In this document: one piece after another, positions 1 to 13,215 of the stretch
Position numbering within the stretch: position 1 is the stretch's first letter
Layout of the letters: each line of letters opens with the position of its first letter
Source: Octopus vulgaris
Taxonomy: Eukaryota
NCBI GenBank assembly: GCA_951406725.2
Contig: OX597824.1
Span: 85,746,001-85,810,000 of the forward strand
DNA: 64,000 bases
Direction: 5' to 3'
Translations under genes and position numbers: made by a program
The notes under the pieces: model-generated
Databases searched by the model: none
What the model saw: only the letters and a program-made list of their open reading frames with translations
What the model was told of the DNA's origin: nothing

Positions 1-364
1 CTCGGGTTTGTTTCGACCCTTTAGAACTGGAATTTTTGAAAAGTAAAAACTTTGCATTATGTAGCTTGTTATTCTCTTTACGTGAACATTTTTCTGGTTG
101 AAATACACCGAAAAATTACGACACAGCAGTAAAAAAATCATAAAAAATAGGGATTTTCATAGAAAAAAAGCACCTTTTTGATGTAAAAAATTTTTAGTGT
201 TAACATGATCCGATTTGAATTTTTTCTTCTACAGAAGGAAGAGCAAAACTATCATAATCTCAATTTAGGTCAACTTGCATCGCAGGGTCTCGGAGGAGAT
301 AGTGTTAGTTGAAGGCTACCAAACCTGCCATACACAGACAACTTCAGCTTTATATATAGAGAGA
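1..364 (-). mobile_element. Non-autonomous Helitron, family H1 (cut by window edge)
   Basis: Near-identical to 27650-28044 and 38873-39266. Confidence 0.7.
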
Positions 365-1146
365 TGAATTCGCAATACACTGCTCCTTGTCACAGCTGAA
401 CACTGCCCCACAATAGCACTAAATGAGTAAGCCCAATAGGGAAGTTTCTATGTGATTATACAACCCCCTAAAAACAGCAGCCAAATTTCCCTCAAATTAC
501 ACTCTGCATTAAAAAGATCTTAAAAAGGCACTTTTGTTATGCACATGTCTGGAAAAAGATATGATGATCATAGTAGAAATATTTTGGAGCATAATTTTGC
601 TCAATTAAGTTTGATAATCTGAAGTTAAAAAGTACAAAATGGCAACCCTGCTTGTGGGTTGCATTTGATACTTTACATCTGGGTAAATTTGAATAAATTT
701 TGTTGTGTCTTGAGAGAGTCATTATGCCAATAACAACACATACACAGATTCAACTCTACATCTTTATTATTAACTAATTATCAAACCAACTAACTGATCG
801 TTTGTTTAATGTGCAAGTTAATCAATCAGTTATTTGTTAAAGTTCTTTTGTGGCTGTTTGCAACTTTCACGTCAGCAATTTACAAACTCAATATAAAAAT
901 GAAGTAAAATTTGAACAAACTATTTGGTTTTTTAAAAAATAATTTAGTATGGAAGCAACAACTTGGTATTTGATTTGGTCTTAACCTCAAATTTTAATGA
1001 CTAAATGCATGAAAATATATTACATTTGGTTTTACCAGGACAATAACAACCATCTCCCCACTTTCCTGGAGAGTTCTTCCATAAAAAGAAAATTAAGCTA
1101 ACATAATTATAGGCAGAACTATAGGAGAAAATAAATAGTAATTATA

Positions 1147-1378
1147 TTAACCCTTTTGATACCAACCCAGCCAAAACCAGCTCTGGTTCTGTGGTACAAA
1201 AGTCTTGTTTTCATAAGTTTGGAATTAAAATCTTCCACCAAACCTTAGTCACAATTTATGTTCCTAACACTAGCTTAAATGATAACTAAGTTATTTGACT
1301 AAATTCTTTGTTATATTTAAAATTGATTGAAAAAAAACACAGAGCATCTCAAAATAAATACAGTAACAAAAGGGTTAA
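1147..1378. mobile_element. piggyBac-type MITE, family A (inverted copy 2515-2743; older relative 2134-2518)
   Basis: TTAA|CCCTTTTG...CAAAAGGG|TTAA termini with TTAA TSD. Confidence 0.75.
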
Positions 1379-4300
1379 AGACACAGTGAGTTAAAAGAAC
1401 AGCAGATTAAAAGTTATTTCTTTCCAAAAAAGGCTTCTCAAGAAGTTAAAAAATATGAAATAGAACTCATAGTTGCAATGTATTGTCACTGCTCTGATTG
1501 AAGGGTTAGTGTTAGGGTTAGGGCTTGATGTCATCAAGAAGCATAAGTTGTCTTGAAGAACCTCAGAACATTCAATGGCACCAAATTAAGTGTTGTCAAT
1601 GATTTGCCTATATGAGAGATTTTCATTGGAGTCGTTTAAATAACAAATGGGATGGTCATGGTTGGAACATCTTTCGTCAAAGCTAACCTGGGTCTAAACA
1701 ACAAACATGTTTCTTAAAAGTCTTATCCCTGTTAGTAATTGAAACTATTTTCTTCTCATGCTAATATAAACGAGAACAAAATTGCTAAAAAAAAAATCAA
1801 TAAAATTAGCATAACCAACAACAATAAGCCTTTTCTATCCTTAACATCAACTATAATATATATAAAAAAAACGCTAAAATTTACTAAATCCCAATGATCC
1901 AAAGACCCAGCATTCAACTCCTCTTTCCTAAAGCGATAAGTGGATGAAAGGTAATTTAACTCTACACAGGGTATTGATCTACTGTAAGTAGTAGACCCTG
2001 TGAGGGTACACCCGTTACAAACATTCCTAATAACTAAGAAACCACGGCAAGTATTGTTGTAGTGGTGGTGATGGTGGTGGTAGAGGTGGTAATAATAAAA
2101 TCAATGTTGTTGAACACTCTTCATCAGCTCTATTTAATCCTTTTGCTACCATGTTTTTGTGGTAATATACTGCCTTTGTTTCAATTTTTGAAAATGATTA
2201 AAGAATTTAAAACAACTTTGTCGTTATTAAGCTGATACTTGGAACATAACAATAATAAATCTCTGAACGAGGTGTAAACAGTCACTGCACGACAATGTGA
2301 GGTATACTTGCCATCTCAATATGGCTAACCACTAAGGGTGGGTGTTACTGTAGCTTGTAGCCCTTAGTGGTTAGCCATATTGAGATGGCAAGTATACCTC
2401 ACTTGGAACATAAATTAACAGGAAATCTAGATGGAATGTTTAAATTTGGATCACTTAAAAACAAGAAGTCTGCATGATGCTAGAACATTCCCAGGTGGGT
2501 TAGTAACAAAATGTTTAACTCTTTCAGTACGGTATTTATTTTGAGATGCTCTGTGTTTCTCTCAATTATTTTAAATATAACAAAGAATTTAGTAAAATAA
2601 CTCAGTTATCATTAAGCTAGTGTTAGGAACATTAATCATGACTAAGCTTTGGTGGAAGATTTTAATTCAAAACTTATGAAAATAAGACATTTGTACTACA
2701 GAGCCAGAGCCGGTTTCAGCCGGGTTGGTAACAAAAGGGTTAATAGACTTTATTATAAGTCTGTGGACCAGTTAAAACGATGTTAGTACTTCCATCATAT
2801 AGAATCTGTCGTACACAAAGTATTCGATGCTGGAGCGGTGTGGCTGTCTGGCATAATGATTTATTGATGAATGCTGTTTGTCCACTAATGGTGATTATGA
2901 TGCCGATAAAAAAAAAACCCCATAAATGTAATGATAGTGGCAATAATGATGAGGATATTGACCTTACTATTGATAGTGCAATTTCCAAATATGGAACATA
3001 ATTTCCATTCATCCACCCCCAATTCCCCTCACGTTCATCAACTACATCATATATTTCCAGCTGGTTATAAGATTATCTAATCGTTGAATGATGCCTGTAG
3101 CATGTCCGATTATAGGCGTATTGCTATTTACTTGTTGCACAACAGAAATTTTGTGTAATACCCAATGAGCATTGCTTATATGATGAATATATTTGTGGTT
3201 ATGTATATATAGCAGCACTTCACAAAGCCATGTGTTGAGGCAGCTGTGTGTGTGTGTGTGCATGTGCGCATGAACATGGGTTATAATTTTTCTTTATAAA
3301 ACAAAAGACCAAGACATCTGGCATCTTGCTGTACTCAAGAAGGTCCATCTACCACAGCAGAATCAATACTGGTGCCACATTAAAAGCACCAGTGATGGTA
3401 CTATGTAAAAAGCATTGGTGCCATGTAAAAAGTAGTGGTACCGGTTCTTCATAAAAAGCACCCAGTACACTCTATAAAGTGGTTGGTGTTAGGAAGGGCA
3501 TCCAACCATAAAAACCATGCCAGAACAGACAATGGAGCCTGGTGTAGCCCCTGCCCTTACCAGCTTCTGTCAAGCCATTCAACCCAAAGTAGCATGGAAA
3601 ATAGACATTAAATGATGATTATGATGATGATAGCAAATTCAGAAATTAATATTTTCTCATGTATCAAAAGCTTCCAGTTTTTGGTTGTTGGGTCACACAA
3701 TTGATAGCATTATTGCATCTATGATGCAGAGTTCAGAATTTTAGTGAAATATTTGGTTTATAATGTATAACAACAATGTTAATATGGAAGATTCTTTAAA
3801 TATTTTTTTGCTCAGCTGAGCTAGTTTATATCATCTGGATCTAGAAAATGTGAGCCCTGATAGCAGTATGTACGGGAGTGGCTTCAGTTGGGCAGAACTT
3901 ATTACTACGTAATGGTCTATTACTCTTATGGTTATTAATATTAGAAATTTATTTGTGCAGAGGATTACAAAGTATGTGGGGAATCTTTTTTTCTGAGAGA
4001 GCCTGTTTGAGGTTTGCTTTATGTACATAAGAAGTGTGTAATAATTGTGGCAAGGTGTGTCATGCATGTCTGGATATTATGACTCCTGAGATATATATCT
4101 GGTGCTTGCCTTTAGTGTAAGGGGTAATGTTGTTTAAAAGGTGATGGGTCAATGCCATATGTAACTGTGATTTGGAAGATTTGCCTATATGCAGTTCTGC
4201 AGGTTTGTTGTTTTTCCATGAAGGAGTTGCATTGTAAAATTAATCCATGACCCATCAGTGATGTTTAGGTCCTGTATTTTCTTATCTTCTTTCTGACTTC

Positions 4301-5899
4301 ATATCTACCAAATACCCTCACAAGGCTTTTGGTTGGCCAGAGACTATAGTAAAAGACACTTATCCAAGGTGCCATGCAGTGACACTGAACCCAGAACTTC
4401 TTACCACAGAGCCACGTCTGTGCCTTTCCTTCGCCCTCTTCACAATGAACCTGAGGCTCCTTCAGTCCCAGGCTTAATGAACCAAGGGCTTGTCAGTGAC
4501 CTAACATGTTGGCTACCAGTGTTTAATCATAACCTAACGCCCGTCAACAGTCCCCCCACACACACACTCCAGCTACAGATCAAATAGTATCACTGTTCTG
4601 TAAGTGCTGGAGACAGTATAAGATTAAAATAAATCTTAGCCTGACAGAAATATCTGAGCAGAGCTTTGCAGGTGGTAAGATATGTTTATGTGACAGCTCC
4701 TCCAGCAACTCCCATAACCAAACTGGTACCACACAAACTGCTTTTGTTTTCCTCTGAACTCTATTGGTAAAGTGAAGGTGCATGGCTTAGTGGTTAGGGT
4801 GTTGAATTTACAATCATAAGATTTTGGTTTTGATTCCTGGAGTGTGCAATGCATTGATCTTGAACAAAACACTCCTACATGGCCTCAAGTCCCCCCTACA
4901 TGGCCTTGCTTTTTGCTTTTTGAGCCAAATAATTAACTAACTAACTAACTCAGCTAGCAAAAATGAGTGATCATGTGACAGACTGGTGTCCTGTCCAGGG
5001 AGCAGGGGGGGATATAGACACCACATCATCAACATCATCGTTTAACGTCCGCTTTCCATGCTAGCATGGGTTGGACGATTTGACTGAGGACTGGCAAACC
5101 AGATGGCTGCACCAGGCTCCAATTTTGATCTGGCAGAGTTTCTACAGCTGGATGCCCTTCCTAACACCAACCACTCCTGGAGTGTAGTGGGTGCTTTTTA
5201 TGTGCCAGGCGAAGCTGGCAACGGCCACGATCGGTTGGTGCTTTTTACGTGCCACCAGCACAGAGGCCAGTCGGGGCGGTGCTGGCAACAGCCACGTTCG
5301 GATGGTTCTTTTACGTGCCACCGGCACTGGTATCACAACTACAATTTCCATTGATTTTTGAGCGATTTCGATTTCAGGCCTTAGAAAACCAGCCCTATGA
5401 ATTATTCATCTTTTACACTGGCAAAGGCAATTCTCTAATAAATGCAGAGAGTGTACCTCATCATCAGTATAAAGAAAATTACGCTTATAACTCTGAATGT
5501 TCCAAATCATCCATTTGTTTGTAAACTGGTATTAATAACACAATAAGATGAGTGTACTGAACTGGATGTGTAATATCAGTGTGCAGGAATAACAGAACAT
5601 GAATCACAGGGATACTAAGAGGAAATGTAGGTTTTAGAAGTATTTGCAGTGATATGCAAAAAAGAAGACTCGCCGGCATGCTAACGTTTCTGCCAGCTCG
5701 CCGCCTTCTTCATCTGTCTAAATACCACCAAACAATGACCACATTTTCAATTACATTAATTTTGAAATTAATTCTCAATTCCTTGAAATTACCTCCCCTT
5801 TTCTTAGGGAGTCCTCCAGGAGGGTATTCTTTTTTTTTTTTTTTAACTTCACCCAGAGGGGTATTTCATCGAAAATACTTTGTTTATATCATCCAGTAC

Positions 5900-8860
5900 A
5901 ACTACCCTGAACTTATCTCAGTTTATGCCAGCTTCTCGTCGAGCCAAGATAATTTTGACGGGACAGTAATTTGTTTTCACGGCGCTAGTTTTAGGAGAGA
6001 GAACGGAATATTGCAAAAAGAGGTGAGAGAAGCGAAACTGGATCGATCGAACTAGGGTGTTGCTTACTCATGTACGATGCTAGGCACTGCTGGTCAGAAA
6101 CTGATTTTGTACAAAGGGACGAGGTGATGCACAGAAAAAAACACAAGCAAAAAAGAGACAAGGTGATACTGCAGTTTAACATGGCACACTCTCTGTTGAT
6201 CTGCAACTTGTATCGTTCGACTGACAAAAGTGAAAGGGAAACATAAACTCAGGACGGTCGAGGGCTAATTGAAAAGATTGAAGATATTATTTGTGTGCGT
6301 GTATGTATGTATGTATGTATGTATGTATGTGTGTGTGAGTGTGTGTGTGAGAGAGAGAGAGAAAGTGAGTGAGAGAGAGAGAGAGAGAGATACAGGAAGG
6401 GGTAGGAAAATCGTGACAATATTTAAGCGAACAATTTCGTCATTCAAACAAGAATAGGCAAACGTTACACGCACACACAAAACATCTTCACGGTCATTAA
6501 ACTCTTATGCTTGTAGTTCCTCAACCTGCTAGAAATAGCAGCCTTACCTCCTTTAAATCACGTTGTCTTGGAAAGGGGGAACATAGTGAATAATGCTTTT
6601 AAGATACCTCTAAAAAGACCGATTAGTTCTGACTTGAAGCTTATTGGTCGTAGATCTTCAATATTAAGCATAGAACAAAATAAATGACAAAATTGGTTGC
6701 ACACACGCCGCTGTAATCACGCATCCAGATATTTCTTACCGTATCCTTAGATTTGTTTGCACTTTATTTTCCACACTGTTTATGATGTGCTAATAATAAT
6801 AACGAATACCCCAAACTCTTTCTTCATCATTTATCTGTCTAAAGATTAGGACAATATGAAAATGTGACGTCCAAATTCTTCTCAAGAGTATTATTAACAG
6901 TCAAAAGAAAAAAAGTTTTCTTGATCGCAAAACGAAACCTAGTTGCAAGAGTTGTGTTGTGAAGGTATTGTTTAGCGCTAGCTCAGTCTTTTTTTATTAT
7001 ATATTTTGGGAACCGCATGCCCCATTAAACGAATCCCTTTCCCAGAAATTTGACCGCTGTTGTTAGCGAGTCGGGCGACTATGGAAAGTTCCCTCCTTGA
7101 CTACTCGCGTGTGAAGGCGGAAAAGTGCTACAGATGTGTGAGAAGAGATGATGCAATCTATCGAAATAGCATTTTACTCGACAATATTTTCAACCATTGA
7201 GAAAAATTATCGAGTGAGCCCAGGGGAACGGTGTACTGACGATCATGCTTTCCAATAAGGACTCATGCAAAGCAAGCGAAGCGACACCAATTAGGAATCG
7301 AAGTAGAAAAGTCGATGTATAATGAAAAGATAAAGAGAGAAGCATTCATGATTTCTCCTTAAAGAAGATCCTCGTACTTTATAGGGCTGAAGTAGGGATC
7401 AAGACTATGTAACTTTTATGCTTTACATGTCAGCGACATAAGTACTGTATTGCTTCAACTAAAAATCGAAAGCAAGTCGCGAAAAAAAGTTATAAAAGGA
7501 CATGTTGCATTTGTTAAGGAGGTCGATCGGCTTGTTTTAGACATAATGCGGACAGCTTCAGCTGTCAAGGGATGCTTAACATAGTAAGAATAAAGCAGTT
7601 TATACCAATAATATCCGTTACCGTGTCTTTGTCTTTACAAGATACGCTTGTTGTCTATATTTGTCTACAACATAAAACTGTTGTAATTGCCCATCAACTG
7701 CATGTATTTTCAACCTTTTGTCGGTTCACCGAATTAGTATGCATTGTCGTGCTAAACGGGTTACGGTACATTATAAGCTTTTTAAGTGTTAGGTGTAAAA
7801 CACACACACACAAAACAGATTTTTAAACAGAGAAGGGCTCACACCATCACACAATGCGACAAAGGAACGAACACACAGCACCAGTAAACTGCATAAAAAC
7901 ACTCGTGATTTCTAAAATATCTGGCGTCGTTTTTCTTACCAGTATCAAGAAAACTCGTGCCTCACATATCTGATTAAACCGCAAAAAGCTATCCAGACTT
8001 TCAGGACATAGGCTTTGATATTAACGATGAAAAATGCATCCACACAAATCATCTCTTTCCATCGTAGGTGATTTCTGTTACCTTCGTTTGAAATCCTTGT
8101 TTTGTTGTTTTCAAAGAGAGATCCTTAATTGCTGTCCATGCAGGGTTTTCGGTCAAACTATAATTAACGAAAACTTGTATGAATCCGTCCCGATCACAAC
8201 AAAGAACGGTCGTTCGACCTAAGAGAAATAGCAGCCAAATCCCTCTCCAAATACATGCTATCTCAGTAAATGAACAGATGCATCAGATAGCATAGCCTTA
8301 GATATCCACTGCAGATGCGATAGTCACGGCTGGGACGACTTTGATCATATTTTACTCGAAGCCAGCTCGATCAAGGCTAAGTTGGGGGCTAAACAACAAC
8401 TTACATCCGATAACAGAAAAAAAAAACAGATGAGTGTATATATATATATAGACAAAAGAGACATAATCCTAAAAAAGACTTACCTAAACGTGTGTGTTTT
8501 GTCTTTTTTTAAGCAACAGGGTTTCAGAAAATTAATTGTTCAAATGACTTTCAGGTGTTCAGGTGTGGAATTACCGAAACGGTACTTTTCAGTAGTTGAG
8601 GGAATTGTTTGTTGTTGCGTGTTCGATCGGAATTGAACAGAAGATTATTCTAGCGACGTGTTCAATCCGGACCAAATGTCTGCTCGTCGTCGTCGGCTTT
8701 AAATGACTCAATCACTATGATGATGACGGCGGCGGCGGCGGCAGAGGAGGAGGCAGCGGCGGCGGCGGCGGCGAAGGCAGATGCACAACATGTGCCCAAT
8801 TATACGCATGCGTCGAATCAAGCGGAGGTAATGCCCGGATACTTAAACGAAACTACGATA
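5900..8860 (-). promoter_or_regulatory. CpG-rich putative promoter / non-coding 5' exon region of a minus-strand gene leaving the window on the left
   Basis: Visibly higher CpG content; (GGC)n tract at 8728-8773; TGACTCA and ACGCATGCGT motifs; minus-strand donors AG|GTAAGT (~8484), TG|GTAAGA (~7940), CG|GTAAGA (~6740). No coding exon identified. Confidence 0.4.
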
Positions 8861-8957
8861 GAACTCTTCTTTCTCTTATTAACCGTTTTAGCTTTTACTT
8901 GTTTCAGTCATTGAACTGCGGCTGTGTTGTTATTGTTATGGTGGTGGTGGTAGGGTG

Positions 8958-10226
8958 CGATGGCAGTGAGCTGGCAGAATCGTTAGCGCACCGGGCGAGA
9001 TGCTTAGCGGTATTTCGTCTGCTGCTACGTTCTGAGTTCAAATTCCGCCGAGGTCGACTTTGCCTTTCATCCTTTCAGGGTCCGTAAATTAAGTACCAGT
9101 TATGCACTGGAGTCGATGTAATCGACTTAATACCTATGTCTGTCCTTGTTTAGCCCCTTGTGGGTAATAAAGAATTCGTCTGCTGCTACGTTCTGAGTTC
9201 AAATTCCGCCGAGGTCGACTTTGCCTTTCATCCTTTCAGGGTCCGTAAATTAAGTACCAGTTATGCACTGGGGTCGATGTAATCGACTTAATACCTATGT
9301 CTGTCCTTGTTTAGCCCCTTGTGGGTAATAAAGAATTCGTCTGCTGCTACGTTCTGAGTTCAAATTCCGCCGAGGTCGACTTTGCCTTTCATCCTTTCAG
9401 GGTCCGTAAATTAAGTACCAGTTATGCACTGGGGTCGATGTAATCGACTTAATACCTATGTCTGTCCTTGTTTAGCCCCTTGTGGGTAATAAAGAATTCG
9501 TCTGCTGCTACGTTCTGAGTTCAAATTCCGCCGAGGTCGACTTTGCCTTTCATCCTTTCGGGGTAGATAAATTAAGTACCAGTTCCGCACTGGGGTCGAT
9601 GTAATCGACTTAATACCTATGTCTGTCCTTGTTTGTCCCCTCTATCTTTAGCCCCTTGTGGGTAATAAAGAAATAGGTATTTCGTCTGCGTTACGTTCTG
9701 AGTTCAACTTCCGCCGAGGTCGACTTTGCCTTTCATCCTTTTGGGGTCGATTAAATAAGTACCAGTTATGCACTGGGGTCGATGTAATCGACTTAATACC
9801 TATGTCTGTCCTTGTTTGTCCCCTCTATCTTTAGCCCCTTGTGGGTAATAAAGAAATAGGTATTTTGTCTGCTGCTACGTTCTGAGTTCAAATTCCGCCG
9901 AGGTCGACTTTGCCTTTCATCCTTTTGGGGTCGATTAAATAAGTACCAGTTATGCACTAGGGTCGATGTAATCGACTTAATACCTACGTCTGTCCTTGTT
10001 TGTCCCCTCTGTGTTTAGCCCCTTGTGAGTAATAAAGAATTCGTTTGCTGCTACGTTCTGAGTTCAAATTCCGCCAAGGTCGACTTTGCCTTTCATCCTT
10101 TCAGGGTCGATAAATTAAGTACCAGTTATGCACTGGGGTCGATGTGATCGACTTAATCTGTTTGTCTGTCCTTGTTTGTCTTTGTCCCCTCTGTGTTTAG
10201 CCCCTTGTGGGTAGTAAAGAAATAGG
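8958..10226 (+). mobile_element. tRNA-derived SINE family S1, one head plus 7 tandem body units
   Basis: A-box-like GAGCTGGCAGAA; B-box GAGTTCAAATTCC in every unit; units start near 9014, 9175, 9336, 9497, 9681, 9864, 10040. Confidence 0.85.
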
Positions 10227-10262
10227 TGGTGGTGGTGGTGGTGGGATGGGGCGCTGCTTTGA

Positions 10263-11189
10263 GGTACTACTTAAGAACAGTGGTCCCGGCGCGCGCACTC
10301 GCGTACTCGCGCAACCGTGCTAGCTAGTCATAGTACTTATTCTGTCGGTCTCTTTCGTTAAACATCTAGGTTATGGGATGTCAACAAACCAGCACCGACT
10401 GTCAAACGGTGGTGAGGGACAGACACAAAGACATACATACACACACACACGCGCGCGCAGGTACTACTTATGAAGAGTGGTCCCGGTGCGCGCACTCGCG
10501 TACTCACGCATCCTCGCTAGCTAGTCATGACTAGTCGATCCTTACTTTGTGTTTTATTTTGTTTAACAAAAATTATTTACTTTTTTTATTTTGTGTTTTA
10601 TTTATTTTGCTAGGTAGTCGTTGTAGGATCGACTAGTCACGACTAGCTTGCGCGAGTGCGCGCACCGGGACCACTGTTCTTAAGTAGTACCCTGCTTTGA
10701 TTGGGTTTCAGCTAAACGAATCGATCCTAGTACTTATTGTTTTCAAAGCATGGTACTTATTCTGTCGGTCTTTTTTCGTTGAACATCTAATTTATGGGAT
10801 GTAAACAAACCAGCACCGACTGTCAAACGGTGATGAGGGACAGACACAAAGACAAACATACATACACACACACACACACAGGTACTACTTAGGAAGAGTG
10901 GTCCGGGTGCGTGCACTGACGTACTCATGCATCCACGCTAGCTAGTCGTGACTAGTCGATCCTTACTTTGTGTTTTTCTTTTATTTACTTTGTTTAAATA
11001 AATTATTTACTTTGTGTTTTTGTGTTTTCTTTACTTTGTTTTTAAATAATTATTTACTTTGTGTAAAAAAATTATTTATTTTGTGTTTTATTTACTTTGC
11101 TAGGTAATCGTTGTAGGATCGACTATTCACGACTAGCTAGCGCGGATGCGCGACTGCGCGCACCGGGACCACTCTTCTTAAGTAGTACC
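10263..11189. mobile_element. Mutator-like long-TIR MITE cluster (10263-10691 composite, 10881-11189; third copy 41548-41810)
   Basis: About 85-bp TIR GGTACTACTTAAGAAGAGTGGTCCCGGTGCGCGC...; 9-bp TSD CTGCTTTGA at 10254-62 and 10692-700. Confidence 0.75.
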
Positions 11190-11626
11190 CATACACATAC
11201 ACACAAATACTTAATTACTACAAGCTTTTAACGTAGTTCTGATCGAAGTGCATCATTTAACCCGTCATAACTCTTTTTAACTTTTGGTATTTTCAGGAAA
11301 TTTTTGCCAATTTAAAGCAGCAAATATTAATATTTGAAATATTTATGCTTAATCGATTTTAAATAAAATGTATATTGTTTTAACTCAATACAGTGATGCA
11401 CCACCAAATTCGTGTACAGGCAATGCACAAGAATTTCAGCATTAAATTCACTCTTGTATTGGATCAAACAATAATGTCCTTGTTAGATATATTTTAAAAT
11501 TACATATTTTATTCATGAAAGCAGCAGCACACCTTCTCAAGTCCCCACCACCATCGGCTTTGTTTCCTCATAACTTTCAGGTGTGTAAGTGGGGGTTATT
11601 TTTGTTTTCTACAAATACCTTTCAGA

Positions 11627-11934
11627 TGTGGAGGCGCAATGGCCTAGTGGTTATAGCAGCGGACTCGCAGTTGTAGGATCGCGGTTTCGATTCCCAGAAC
11701 GGGCGTTGTGAGTGTTTATTGAGCGAAAACACCTAAAGCTCCACGAGACTCCGGCAGGGGGGTGGTGGTGAACCCTGCTGTACTGTTTCGCCACAACTTT
11801 CACTCTTTCTTCTGTTTGCCTGCTCGCTTAGCGGCAGAGTGATATCATTCGAAGGCTAAAACAATGCGAAGCGCATTGTGACCAGCGATGTGTAGCAACA
11901 TCTGATAGCCTGGTTGGTCACGGTGATCACGGTG
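11627..11934 (+). mobile_element. tRNA-derived SINE family S2 (relatives at about 12812-13093, 18135-18385, 23805-24188, 42990-43272, 43743-43990, 51480-51710)
   Basis: A-box TGGCCTAGTGG; B-box GGTTTCGATTCC; TSD ACCTTTCAGA at 11617-26 and 11935-44. Confidence 0.8.
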
Positions 11935-13129
11935 ACCTTTCAGACAGTATTGATTGTCATTATATCGAAATTTACAGAGAAAAAAATTGGTGGGTGTTAA
12001 CACATGCTGAGACAATGTTTTCAAAATTTCAAGTTGTATTTTGTAGATATATGTGATGTGAGCGCACCCCCCCCCCCAATTTTTTTCTCCATAAATTCCT
12101 ATATAATCGTAATCCATACCATCTGAAAGGCATTTGTAGAAAATTTTATTTAGAAACATCAATTTTTCTGAATGTTATGAGGAAACAAAGTCGAGAGAGC
12201 ATACATGTGTAGGTGTACCAGAAAAACTATTAACTATACAAATCTGGAGCATTATGGTTTTTTTCTTTAAGAAATTGAATGACATATGCTTAGAATTTAC
12301 CCTAGTTACACATACCAATGAAAAGCAGATTAAGTTATATGAATTATGCTTTATCTTATTTTACTTCCTTGTGTGCGTGAAAAAGCAGTACACATATAGC
12401 AGTACTCATTGGTGAAAGTAAAAGCTTTTCTAAGGCTGAAGATAAAGCAAAAGTTCACAACATACAAGATAAAACTAGATAAAATGAAAAGTGAATATTA
12501 AAAAGCAACATGCAGAAAGGATAAGTTTTACGATTACTAATAAATAAACAAAGGGGCACGATACTTTCATTAACATCCTTTGTCTTTTACTTGTTTCAAT
12601 CATTTGACTGTGGCCATGCTGGAGCACTGCCTTGAAGGGTTTTAGTTGAACAAATCAACCCCAGAACTTATTTCTTTCTAAAGGTTTATCTTTTGCCTTT
12701 TGCCAAACCACTAAGTTACAGGGACGTAAACACACCAACGCTTGTTGTCGAGCAGTGGTAGGGGACAAACACAAGCACAAAGACACACATAGATACATAC
12801 ATATATATATATCAGATGTTGCTACACATCACTGGTCACAATGCGCTTCGCATTGTTTTAGCCTTCAAATGACGCCACCCTGCTGGCTAAGCGAGCAGAC
12901 CCAACAGAAGAAAGAGTGAAAGAAAGTCGGGGCGAAAGAGTACAGCAGCGATCGCCACCACCCCCTGCCGGAGTCTTGTGGAGCTTTAGGTTTTTTCGCT
13001 TAATAAACACTCACAACGTCTGGTCTGGGAATCAAAACCGTGATCCTACAACCGCGAGTCTGCTGCCCTAACCACTGGGCCATTGTGCCTCCACACACAC
13101 ATATATATATATAAACATATATATGTATG

Positions 13130-13215
<86 letters not shown>

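Noticed and set aside
3831-4067. Possible GIY-YIG endonuclease relic (YIKQTSNRLS)
   Set aside because: A single weak motif with no recognisable RT nearby; needs a translated HMM search.
5420-5480. Minus-strand hammerhead (CTGATGA plus stem)
   Set aside because: The GAAA core is missing; at best a dead relic related to the 30371 unit.
8717-8914. Poly-Ala ORF as a coding exon
   Set aside because: Driven by the GGC repeat and runs into a SINE remnant; no linked exons found.
9014-10226. CRISPR-like array or hammerhead retrozyme
   Set aside because: There are no unique spacers and no CTGANGA/GAAA core was found on either strand; the units are SINE bodies.
11630-11705. tRNA gene (similar heads at 24115-24187 and 43745)
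   Set aside because: tRNA-like SINE head continuing into a SINE body bounded by a TSD.
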